NCBI GenBank assembly: GCA_048939015.1
Contig: JBHLPW010000050.1
Coordinates: 1-16,792, forward strand
Length of the DNA stretch: 16,792 bases
Direction: 5' to 3'
Origin: Promethearchaeota archaeon
GTDB lineage: Archaea > Asgardarchaeota > Lokiarchaeia > Sigyniarchaeales > SOKP01
Part shown: positions 1 through 7,986 of the stretch, in pieces
How positions within the stretch are numbered: position 1 is the stretch's first letter
Layout of the letters: each line of letters begins with the position of its first letter
Program-made: the position numbers and the translations under genes
The notes under the pieces: model-generated
The model's input: the letters and a program-made list of their open reading frames with translations, nothing else
Told to the model about the DNA's origin: nothing
Database searches by the model: none

Positions 1-51
1 TTTTAATAGAACATAGTTATAGTCATTTTGAGTCTTGTTTTTATGAATCAT
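1..51 (-). CDS. Possible 5' end of a divergent gene running off the left edge (MIHKNKTQNDYNYVLLK...)
   Basis: ATG at 51 on the minus strand stays open for 17 codons to the window edge, and divergent genes are common in this locus. Too short to identify. Confidence 0.25.
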   Translation of the reverse strand, partial: MIHKNKTQNDYNYVLLK

Positions 52-199
52 TTAGAACCAATCAATTGAAATTTTGGAATTTTTTTTAATATTATGTGTT
101 TTTAAAGTTAATTAATTTGAAAAAAATATAAAAGCATGCAATCTAATTAATTTTAATTTAAGATTTTTAAGATATTTCCATTTAAGAATAAATCATAGT

Positions 200-1630
200 A
201 TGAAAATTGTAATAGTTAATCCTCCAAGATTTCAAGATTCATCAGTTACTAGAGAGGGACGTTGTGAGTTTATTTGCAATTACCGTGTTGATACACCAGC
301 AACGCTGTTAATCATAGCATCCTTATTATCAAATCAAAAATATCAGATCGATTTCATTGATGCAAATGCTAAAGATCTCGATTATAGAATTATAGGGAAT
401 TTATTGAAAAATAAGTATCCTGATTGTGTTATTTTTACTTTCAACTCTTGGATTATCGATCATGATTTAATTATTTGTAAAATAGCAAAAGAAATTAATC
501 CAGTCTGTAAAACAATAGGTTATTCATGGTTTGCTAAAAATTTTTCTATAGAAATACTTTCGAAGTTTAAAAATTTAGATATTCAAATAATTGAAGATCC
601 TTTTTCTGTGATTGAGAGCTTGATGGATTGTTTGAATAATAGAGGAAACCTCGAAAAAATTGAGGGAATTGCATATAAAAATAGTGATAATGAAATAAAA
701 ATAAATAATAAATTGAAAATTAAAAAGAGTTTTGAAGAATTACCTTTCCCTGCATATAATTTAATAGAATCATTTAAACCCTATTATTTATATACGCCCT
801 TCTTAAAGCCATATGCTTTAGTCTATGCTGGAAAAGGGTGTCCTTATAGTTGTGCATACTGTCCTGATGCTAATACAAAATATAGTGGTCGTTCAGCAGA
901 AGATATTGTAGAGGAATTAAAAGTTCTGAAGAATTTAGGAAAAATAAAATACGTTTGGTTTTATGACCAAGTATTTACTATTAACAGAAAACGTGTCATT
1001 AATTTCTGTAAAAAGATGATTGAGGAAAATCTAAATATTAGTTGGTTCTGTGATACTAGAGCAGACTTGGTTGATGAGAGACTATTAAAACTAATGAAGA
1101 CAGCAGGGTGTATAGGTGTTGCTTATGGTATCGAATCAGGCTCTCAAAAAATTTTAGATAATATGAAGAAATCTATATCTATAATTCAAGCGATACGAGC
1201 TTTAAAGTGGACTAGAAAAGCTAAGATTCCTATTCAACTAAATTTAATATTAGGATATGTGGGAGAGGATATAAACACACTTAAAGAAACAGGTAATTTT
1301 ATTAGATTAATTTTACCAGAATTTTTACAAATTTCTTTCATAATTGCGATGAGTGGCACAGAATTTACACATTTAGCAATAAAGAATGATTGGATAAGTA
1401 ATGAGTTGGGATCAAAAGATAAGTTTACAGATTTACCCTTAGACAAGAATCGATATAAGCCATTTCAACTCAATTTGCAAAAAGAAATAAGAAAACTGTT
1501 TAAAGCCATATTTCTGAATCTTAGATGGTGGACAATATGTATTAAATCATTAATTAATAATCGCCAATTGATTATACCAATTTTAGGAATGCTCCTATAT
1601 AGATCAAAGTCAATAAAAATTTTAAAATGA
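200..1630 (+). CDS. Radical SAM protein with N-terminal B12-binding-like domain (class B methyltransferase / BchE-HpnJ-like architecture)
   Basis: CxxxCxxC motif GCPYSCAYC (C214/C218/C221, nt 839-862). Family motifs: N-terminal VNPP...P-x-x-L...IDANA, LPFPAY, and GIESGSQKIL. Confidence 0.9.
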   Translation: MKIVIVNPPRFQDSSVTREGRCEFICNYRVDTPATLLIIASLLSNQKYQIDFIDANAKDLDYRIIGNLLKNKYPDCVIFTFNSWIIDHDLIICKIAKEINPVCKTIGYSWFAKNFSIEILSKFKNLDIQIIEDPFSVIESLMDCLNNRGNLEKIEGIAYKNSDNEIKINNKLKIKKSFEELPFPAYNLIESFKPYYLYTPFLKPYALVYAGKGCPYSCAYCPDANTKYSGRSAEDIVEELKVLKNLGKIKYVWFYDQVFTINRKRVINFCKKMIEENLNISWFCDTRADLVDERLLKLMKTAGCIGVAYGIESGSQKILDNMKKSISIIQAIRALKWTRKAKIPIQLNLILGYVGEDINTLKETGNFIRLILPEFLQISFIIAMSGTEFTHLAIKNDWISNELGSKDKFTDLPLDKNRYKPFQLNLQKEIRKLFKAIFLNLRWWTICIKSLINNRQLIIPILGMLLYRSKSIKILK

Positions 1631-2652
1631 AGATAAACTATTCTATAAGTTCATTAAGAGCGATTGCTATTATTCAAGTATTATTAATTCATGTTTTTTC
1701 TTATTATTTTCACAGTGCAACTTCTACTATCTTTTTAATTCCATTTTTTGATCAAATTATTCAATCAGCTGTACCCATTTTTATTTTTATATCAGGATAT
1801 ACTTTATCTTTAAGATATTGGGAGAATTTTTCTATTAAAACCTTCTATAAAAAAAGATTTAAGAATATTATTTTCCCCTATGCTTTTTTTAGTACACTTT
1901 ATATTGTTATTCCATCTTTAATAGATGGAACACCCATAATATTTGATTTCGAGGATTTTTTGAATATTCTTTTTGATCCCTGGAATTTTTATTATGTTTT
2001 CTGGTATATCGCTCTCATATCTTCATTTTACATTTTTTATCCTTTGTTGTTAAAAATATTTTTATGTTATAAAAATCAATTATTCCTCGTTCTAATGGCT
2101 TCAATATTAATTCAGATTGTATATAGATACTTTCACTTTTTTATAATTATTAGTCTTGAGAGCCTAAGCAATTTTATTGTTCTATATAAATTTTTATATT
2201 GGATACTGAATTATTCATTCCTTCGTTTCATATCTTATTTTGTTTTAGGTGTGTATATTTGTAAAAATTATTCCAAACTAGATTCAAATAGAAAATTTAT
2301 TTACTTATTAACGATTCCCGTTTTTATCTTTGCTACTTTAGGAGCTATTATAAATTCATATATATTTGAACCTTTTTTTTCAATTTTTATTATTCTCATA
2401 TATCTGGTTTTTCTATTAAATAAACAGAATTTTTTTTTAGAGACTACTGCTAAATATTCTTTTGGTATGTATCTGATTCATGCTTTAATTATGGATTATG
2501 TTGTTAGATTACTTGATCTAAGTTTTAATTATTGGTATTTCTACTTATTTTCTTTTGTTTTAACATTTACGTTTAGTATCTCAATTATTTTTGGGCTAAG
2601 TAAAGTACCAAAATCACATTATTTAATAGGAAAAACAGAAATTAATTATTAA
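1627..2652 (+). CDS. Acyltransferase family 3 (OafA/WecH/IcaC-like) membrane O-acyltransferase
   Basis: Motifs LRAIAIIQVLLIH (R-x10-H), AVPIFIFISGY, KRFKNIIFPY, FWYI and YSFGMYLIH. Polytopic hydrophobic protein. ATGA overlap with the radical SAM stop suggests translational coupling. Confidence 0.9.
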   Translation: MKINYSISSLRAIAIIQVLLIHVFSYYFHSATSTIFLIPFFDQIIQSAVPIFIFISGYTLSLRYWENFSIKTFYKKRFKNIIFPYAFFSTLYIVIPSLIDGTPIIFDFEDFLNILFDPWNFYYVFWYIALISSFYIFYPLLLKIFLCYKNQLFLVLMASILIQIVYRYFHFFIIISLESLSNFIVLYKFLYWILNYSFLRFISYFVLGVYICKNYSKLDSNRKFIYLLTIPVFIFATLGAIINSYIFEPFFSIFIILIYLVFLLNKQNFFLETTAKYSFGMYLIHALIMDYVVRLLDLSFNYWYFYLFSFVLTFTFSISIIFGLSKVPKSHYLIGKTEINY

Positions 2653-3568
2653 GAAATTCCTCTTGCTTTTTCATCTTCATAAGTGATTCTTCAATAGTTA
2701 ATGATCTAACATTCAATAATCTCTCAGCTTTACTCACATCCAAACAACAACGCATAGGTCTTTTAGCATCTTGTTTGAACATATCACTTGTAGTGGGCTT
2801 AATCAAACTTTTGTCGATCTCAAAAACTTCAGCAATTTTTAGTGTAAACTCATAACGATTGATACATTCTTTGCCAACAGTGTGAAAAAGACCATTGATA
2901 TTTGAATCTGCCATAGAAAATAAAAACTCAGCTAAATTATCTGCCAAAGTAGGTGTACTAAATTGATCAGTTACAATTTGTATTATTTCCTCATTTCTTA
3001 GTTTATTTAGAGCCCAAATAACATAATTCATTGTCTTCCCAGAACTAGATTTCTGTCCCTTAAGTTCTCCGGGATTCCACCCATAAACAAGACTTGTTCT
3101 TGCTATAGCAAAGCTAGCTCCAGAATTGGCTATTCCCTCTTCAGCTTTAAGTTTTGACTTACCATAGAAATTTAGTGGATTAGGCTCGCTGTTTTCATCA
3201 TACTTTTTATCCATACCATCAAATACATAATCTGTAGATATATAAATTAGTCTAGCATTGATCTTTTTACATAAATCTGCGATAAATAGAGGAGCTTTTA
3301 CATTAATATTCCAAGTTTCTTCTTGATGTGTCTCACAATAATCAACATTATGAAGAGCAGAGCAATCTACAATAATATCTGGTTTAATATCATTTACTAT
3401 AGAACTCAATCCTTCTTTATCTGTTTTATCCAGTTGAAAAATCTCACAATTATCAATTGTTACTGCACGATTATTATATGTACCATAAACATGATACTTT
3501 TGGGTTGCTGAATTTGCTAATTTATAGCCAGTTAACCCACTTGCTCCGATAATTAGTAACGTTTTCAT
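2642..3568 (-). CDS. rmlD: dTDP-4-dehydrorhamnose reductase family (NDP-4-keto sugar C4 reductase)
   Basis: GASGLTG Rossmann motif, VDYCE, YISTDYVFDG, YGKSK (YxxxK), DQFSTPT and AKRP. Confidence 0.88.
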   Translation of the reverse strand: MKTLLIIGASGLTGYKLANSATQKYHVYGTYNNRAVTIDNCEIFQLDKTDKEGLSSIVNDIKPDIIVDCSALHNVDYCETHQEETWNINVKAPLFIADLCKKINARLIYISTDYVFDGMDKKYDENSEPNPLNFYGKSKLKAEEGIANSGASFAIARTSLVYGWNPGELKGQKSSSGKTMNYVIWALNKLRNEEIIQIVTDQFSTPTLADNLAEFLFSMADSNINGLFHTVGKECINRYEFTLKIAEVFEIDKSLIKPTTSDMFKQDAKRPMRCCLDVSKAERLLNVRSLTIEESLMKMKKQEEFLNN

Positions 3569-3671
3569 AATAATATAGATTTTTTAAAAATTATAAATAT
3601 TAAAATTTACTATACAAAATTTACAAAATTAAAATTGACTGATTTAATCTTAAATAAAGAGGCTAATAGAG

Positions 3672-4190
3672 ATGATTGAAGGTATTGAAATTAAAGACAT
3701 TAAGAAATTTGTAGATGAGCGTGGATTCTTTTCTGAACTTTTAAGGGAAGATTGGAAAGATTTATTATCAGATGATAAAATAGTTCAATTTAACCTCTCA
3801 TTTAGTTATCCTGGCATCGTTAGGGCATGGCATAGACATTTAAAAGGACAAATCGACTATTTCATTTGTATCACTGGAGCGATAAAAGTGTGTGCTTATG
3901 ATGACAGAAATAACTCTGGAACTTCTGGGGAAATTGACGAAATTATACTTAGTGAAGAAAATTTAAGGGTTGCAAGAATACCTGGAATCCTTTGGCATGG
4001 ATATAAAGCAATTGGTACTAAACCAATTAAAATGTTATATGGTGTGAATATGTTATATGATTATTCAGAACCTGATGAAGAAAGAAGGAGTTGGAACGAT
4101 GCTTCTATAATTCCAAAATCAATAAATGGAAAAATCAACGATCCGAGAGTCGGAAAACCTTGGGATTGGTATTATTCACCTAATAAATAA
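3672..4190 (+). CDS. rmlC: dTDP-4-dehydrorhamnose 3,5-epimerase family cupin (SpsL/archaeal type)
   Basis: DERGFFSE, SYPGIVRAWHRH, IPGILWHGY and PDEERRSW motifs. GAGG RBS-like sequence upstream. Confidence 0.85.
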   Translation: MIEGIEIKDIKKFVDERGFFSELLREDWKDLLSDDKIVQFNLSFSYPGIVRAWHRHLKGQIDYFICITGAIKVCAYDDRNNSGTSGEIDEIILSEENLRVARIPGILWHGYKAIGTKPIKMLYGVNMLYDYSEPDEERRSWNDASIIPKSINGKINDPRVGKPWDWYYSPNK

Positions 4191-4221
4191 ATCTCTATTT
4201 TATAATACAAAAAACCTAAAA

Positions 4222-4228
4222 AAGGAGA
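4222..4228 (+). promoter_or_regulatory. Shine-Dalgarno-like site (AAGGAGA) of the SDR gene
   Basis: AAGGAGA lies 7 nt before the ATG at 4236. Confidence 0.55.
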
Positions 4229-4235
4229 ATTTAAT

Positions 4236-5219
4236 ATGAAAATTTTAGTAACTGGTGGATGTGGATTTGTAGGATGCTCAATAGTACCTCTACTTTTAGA
4301 AAATGGATACCAAATTAAAATTTTAGACTTGTTGTTATTCGGAGAAGAACCTATAGAATCCTTTAAGGATGATGTGGAAATTATAAAAGAGGATATAAGA
4401 AATTTCAATCCGTCAATTTTTGATGATATTGACACTGTTATCCATTTAGCTGCACTTTCACAACCAGATGAACTCAAACAAATACCACAAAATCTCTTTT
4501 ATGAAATAAATCTTAATGGTTCTACCAGAGTAGCAGAATATTGCAAGAAGGCTGGTGTTGAAAGGCTCATATTTGCATCTACATGTAGCGTATATGGTTA
4601 CCAGAAAGAGGTAATATATGAAACTACTGAACCGAAGCCATTAGAGGCTTACGGTGATTCTAAATTAAAAGCTGAGAAAGAACTTTTAAAACTAAGTGAT
4701 AAAGATTTTTGTGTTACTATAATGAGGCCAGCAACTATGTATGGGCTTTCTCCAAAAATGCGTTTTGATTTAGTCGTAAACGGTATGACATATGCATTAT
4801 ATAGCACAAAAGAAGTCAATGTTATGAAACCTGGAACACAATGGAGACCAAATATTCATGTTAGAGATGTGGGTCAAGCAATTAGAAAGATAATGGAAGC
4901 TGATAAGGAACTTGTTGATAAAGAGATTTTTAATATAGGTTCTAATGACCAGAATTATCAAATTCAAACTCTTGCGGAGGAGTTGGCGACCACGGTGTTA
5001 GGTGAATACAATCCAAAATGGTATGGACAGCCAGATACAAGATCTTATAAAGTTAATTTTGATAAATTGAGAGATACACTAGGTTTCAAACCAAATTATA
5101 CAGTATCCGATGCAGCAAAAGAAATAACTAAGGCGCTTGAGAGTGGGCAAATCGAAAAAACTGATAAAACAATCAATCTAAATTGGTATAAACTCTTGGT
5201 AGAAACAAAACAAATCTAA
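4236..5219 (+). CDS. Extended SDR NDP-sugar oxidoreductase/epimerase (not RmlB; candidate Cj1427-like C4-dehydrogenase)
   Basis: GGCGFVG, HLAA, ASTCSVYG, YGDSK (YxxxK), RPATMYGLSPKMRFDLVVN, IHVRD and DTRSY. Lacks the RmlB signatures STDEVYG and AESHVD. Confidence 0.85.
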   Translation: MKILVTGGCGFVGCSIVPLLLENGYQIKILDLLLFGEEPIESFKDDVEIIKEDIRNFNPSIFDDIDTVIHLAALSQPDELKQIPQNLFYEINLNGSTRVAEYCKKAGVERLIFASTCSVYGYQKEVIYETTEPKPLEAYGDSKLKAEKELLKLSDKDFCVTIMRPATMYGLSPKMRFDLVVNGMTYALYSTKEVNVMKPGTQWRPNIHVRDVGQAIRKIMEADKELVDKEIFNIGSNDQNYQIQTLAEELATTVLGEYNPKWYGQPDTRSYKVNFDKLRDTLGFKPNYTVSDAAKEITKALESGQIEKTDKTINLNWYKLLVETKQI

Positions 5220-5251
5220 TTTTACTTTTTTGATCCTACTTTTAAAAACTT
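5220..5251. terminator. T-rich gap between convergent SDR and rmlA (possible archaeal-type oligo-T terminator)
   Basis: TTTTACTTTTTT directly follows the SDR stop. No hairpin. Weak signal given the AT content. Confidence 0.3.
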
Positions 5252-5992
5252 TTATTCTTGTTCGATATTCTTTTCCATAAAAGTACTACATCGAAGTAAA
5301 GTTCTAAAAGTGCCTGCATCAGACCAAAAACCTTGCACAATTTGAGCTTTAGTTACTCCCTTTTTAATATAATGATTATTTACATCAGTAATTTCCAACT
5401 CTCCTCTGTCTGAATATCCAATGTTGTTTATAACATCTTCAATGATATCAAATATTCTCTCATCATAGAAATAAAGTCCAGTTACACAAAAATCAGTTTT
5501 AGGGACTTCTGGTTTTTCTTCAATATCAATAATTTCTCCTTTCCCATTTAGCTCTGCTACACCAAATCTCTCTGGATCAGGAACCTTTTTTAGAAATAGT
5601 AAACATCCATATTCTTTTGTTGTTTCAAATTCTGTTACAGCATTAGAAAATGAATTTTCAAATATATTATCACCTAAAATAACAGCAATTTTATAACCTT
5701 TCACTATTTTTTTAGTTAAATATAATGCTTCAGCAATGCCGCCAGCACCTTGTTGATAAACGTAATTAAAATTGGCATTAAATTCTGAACCGTCACCAAG
5801 CAATTTAATAAAATCACCAACGCTTTCGCCTCCAAGCACTATTGTTATATCATAAATACCTGAATTTGTTAGAGTTTTAATAGGTTTATATATCATTGGT
5901 TCGTCATAAACTGGTAGGAGATGTTTATTAGTCACTTTTGTGAGAGGAGATAATCTTGTACCAATTCCGCCAGCCAATATTATGCCTTTAAT
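5252..5992 (-). CDS. rmlA: Glucose-1-phosphate thymidylyltransferase, short SpsI/archaeal type; start revised to ATT at 5992 (246 aa)
   Basis: The frame extends upstream of the TTG call to give (M)KGIILAGGIGTRL. Also NKHLLPV, ILGDNIF, PERFGVAE, EKP, RGELEITD and WSDAGT. An in-frame TGA at 5999-6001 bounds the start. Confidence 0.9.
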   Translation of the reverse strand: MKGIILAGGIGTRLSPLTKVTNKHLLPVYDEPMIYKPIKTLTNSGIYDITIVLGGESVGDFIKLLGDGSEFNANFNYVYQQGAGGIAEALYLTKKIVKGYKIAVILGDNIFENSFSNAVTEFETTKEYGCLLFLKKVPDPERFGVAELNGKGEIIDIEEKPEVPKTDFCVTGLYFYDERIFDIIEDVINNIGYSDRGELEITDVNNHYIKKGVTKAQIVQGFWSDAGTFRTLLRCSTFMEKNIEQE

Positions 5993-6099
5993 ATGGAGTC
6001 ACTTATGCATTTTAAATATATTTTGAAAAATATTTTTTCAAAAAGTTATATATTTTAATTTTATTCAGAGAATATCAATTTTTTCATTTAATGCTGATT

Positions 6100-7017
6100 T
6101 CACTCAATTATTTTTAAAAATAATTCTTCTAAGGAAATTTTTGGTTCATTGATTCGACGAATTTTGTAGTTACTTAACATAGAAAATAAATCCTTGTAAT
6201 AACTCCTACGTTTCAAAATTATACCTATACCTTCATTTACTTCAAAAATATCCTCAATAAAATCTGATTTTTTCAAATTATTTTTCAATTCATTCTTTTC
6301 TTCACTTAATTCAACGATTATTCTAATTTGTGTTTGCATCAAATCTTTAACTTCATTCTGAGTGCCAATTTTTAAAATTCTACCTTTATTTATAAAAGCC
6401 ACCCGATCACAAAGTTTATCGACTACACTCATATCATGACTCGTGAGGAAAATTGTTTTCTTAAGAGTTTTTAATTTTTCAATTATAAAATTAGTTGTTG
6501 GTAAATCTAATCCTAATGTGGGTTCATCTAACACTAAGATCTGACGTTCTAGAAGTAGAGTTCTGCATAAGGCTAGTTTCATCTTCATCCCATTAGAATA
6601 TGAACTAACATATTGCCCCAACCAATTATTTAGCCCAAATTCATTAGAGATTTTCTCAATTTTTTTTTTATAATTTGGAATTTTATAAATTCTACAAAAA
6701 AATTTTAAGTTATCATAGCCAGTTATCCTATAATATAGCATCTGACTGTCTAACATAAGCCCAATTAAGGATTTTACCTTTTTGGGTTGTGTCACAACAT
6801 TAAATCCATTTACAAACGCAGACCCACTTGTAGGTTGAGTTATTGTTGTTAAAATTTGGATTAGAGTAGTCTTTCCAGCACCATTCGGCCCTAAAAGTCC
6901 AAATATCTCACCATTTTTAATAGATAGATTTACTTTATCTAATGCTTGAATTTCACTATGCCTTCCTTTTAAATTATAGACTTTTGAGAGGCTAGATGTT
7001 TCAATTATTTCTGTCAT
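6100..7017 (-). CDS. ABC transporter ATP-binding protein (DrrA/NodI-like)
   Basis: Walker A GPNGAGKT, signature YSNGM, Walker B/D-loop LVLDEPTLGLD, H-loop TSH, and C-terminal SLEELF. Confidence 0.93.
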   Translation of the reverse strand: MTEIIETSSLSKVYNLKGRHSEIQALDKVNLSIKNGEIFGLLGPNGAGKTTLIQILTTITQPTSGSAFVNGFNVVTQPKKVKSLIGLMLDSQMLYYRITGYDNLKFFCRIYKIPNYKKKIEKISNEFGLNNWLGQYVSSYSNGMKMKLALCRTLLLERQILVLDEPTLGLDLPTTNFIIEKLKTLKKTIFLTSHDMSVVDKLCDRVAFINKGRILKIGTQNEVKDLMQTQIRIIVELSEEKNELKNNLKKSDFIEDIFEVNEGIGIILKRRSYYKDLFSMLSNYKIRRINEPKISLEELFLKIIE

Positions 7018-7025
7018 AATGCTTA

Positions 7026-7847
7026 TTAGTATCCAGTTATTCCGTATTTTTTATAAACATAATTAAAGAGGGCAACACCAATAATAGGTAGGATAATAGT
7101 TGTACCTATTAAAACTATAAAGTGAAGTGAGAAAGTACTAATTACAATTAATATATCATTTTGAATCCACGTTAACCGTAATATATCAAAAATATAGTAA
7201 AGTGGGTTTAGAAATATTAAGTTTTGTAAAAATTCTGGGAAAATTTCAAATGGATATGTAACACAACTAAACCAAATAATAAAAAGCATTATAAATTTTA
7301 ACAAATTCCAGATATTCTCGTTTGATATTGCAAAAACACCCATAATTAAACCAATACCACTAAAGACTAATGCAATAATAAAAAATATCAAAAGGACTAC
7401 TAAGAATGTAAATATTGAAATTGGATAAATTATATAACTAAGAATTAAAAAAATAGTGAAAGGAATTGATATCATGATTAGATGTGAAAAAAATATTCCA
7501 AGTAAAAGATTAAATCTATTAAATGGGCCAATTATAAGAGCTGGTAAAGTTTTCCAGTATTTCTCATTACGAAATTGACCAGGAAAAATCTCGGTTATTC
7601 CTGATAGGAGCATAATATTATAGGCAATAAATTGATATAGAAGAAAATTATTAGACGTCCAAGGGCCGATATCTGATCTAAACTGAAATAAATTTCCCAT
7701 AACAATTAATGGTGTAAAAATCGATACTAAATAGGTTATATATGAAATAATAAGTCCAAGTTTGTATCTTAACCTTAATTTAATGTTCTTTTCAGTTAAT
7801 GCTAATATTTGAGATAAGTTCTCCTTAATTGTATTATTATTGACCAT
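7026..7847 (-). CDS. ABC-2 type transporter permease
   Basis: About 6 hydrophobic segments and a YPFEIFPEFLQ...LNPLYY motif. Its stop lies 8 bp upstream of the ATPase gene start. Confidence 0.88.
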   Translation of the reverse strand: MVNNNTIKENLSQILALTEKNIKLRLRYKLGLIISYITYLVSIFTPLIVMGNLFQFRSDIGPWTSNNFLLYQFIAYNIMLLSGITEIFPGQFRNEKYWKTLPALIIGPFNRFNLLLGIFFSHLIMISIPFTIFLILSYIIYPISIFTFLVVLLIFFIIALVFSGIGLIMGVFAISNENIWNLLKFIMLFIIWFSCVTYPFEIFPEFLQNLIFLNPLYYIFDILRLTWIQNDILIVISTFSLHFIVLIGTTIILPIIGVALFNYVYKKYGITGY

Positions 7848-7986
7848 ATTTTTGTAAAAATCTGTAATATTCTTCTAAATAATTAAAGTTAAAAGGTTCT
7901 CTTGTTTAAACATTATTATTTTAACTTAAATCAATTTTAGATTATTTCTAAATAGATTTATTTTTTATCTTATTTGAATGACGATT

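Noticed and set aside
1234-1446. 70-aa minus-strand ORF
   Set aside because: Antisense shadow inside the radical SAM gene, with no motifs.
2373-2438. Two T9 tracts in the acyltransferase (and T10 at 16519-16528) as phase-variation switches
   Set aside because: Such runs are expected in Phe-rich membrane genes at this AT content, and all frames are intact. Only read-level length variation would revive the idea.
3323-3511. 62-aa Cys/Ile-rich plus-strand ORF, a possible RiPP precursor for the radical SAM
   Set aside because: It lies wholly antisense within rmlD, and its composition is explained by the rmlD codons.
3587-3636. Repeated AAAATT(TAC) units and a TATA-like TTATAAA in the rmlD/rmlC divergent spacer
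   Set aside because: Plausible promoter or operator, but not distinguishable from low-complexity AT-rich background without comparative or TSS data.
4172-4477. 101-aa minus-strand ORF
   Set aside because: Antisense to the conserved SDR N-terminus, with Ser-rich shadow composition.
4236-5219. Calling the SDR rmlB from context
   Set aside because: It lacks the TDE catalytic segment and the AESHVD motif of dTDP-glucose 4,6-dehydratases.
5999-6001. Selenocysteine or recoded TGA upstream of rmlA and the sulfatase-like gene
   Set aside because: TGA serves as a normal stop in several genes here, and no SECIS-like structure was recognised. Readthrough gives no ATG for the sulfatase-like gene (a TAA comes first). 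The TGA is better explained as part of a GGTGA-like SD.
6100-7847. Calling the ABC pair wzm/wzt
   Set aside because: The D-loop region and C-terminus are DrrA/NodI-like, and no Wzt carbohydrate-binding domain is recognisable.
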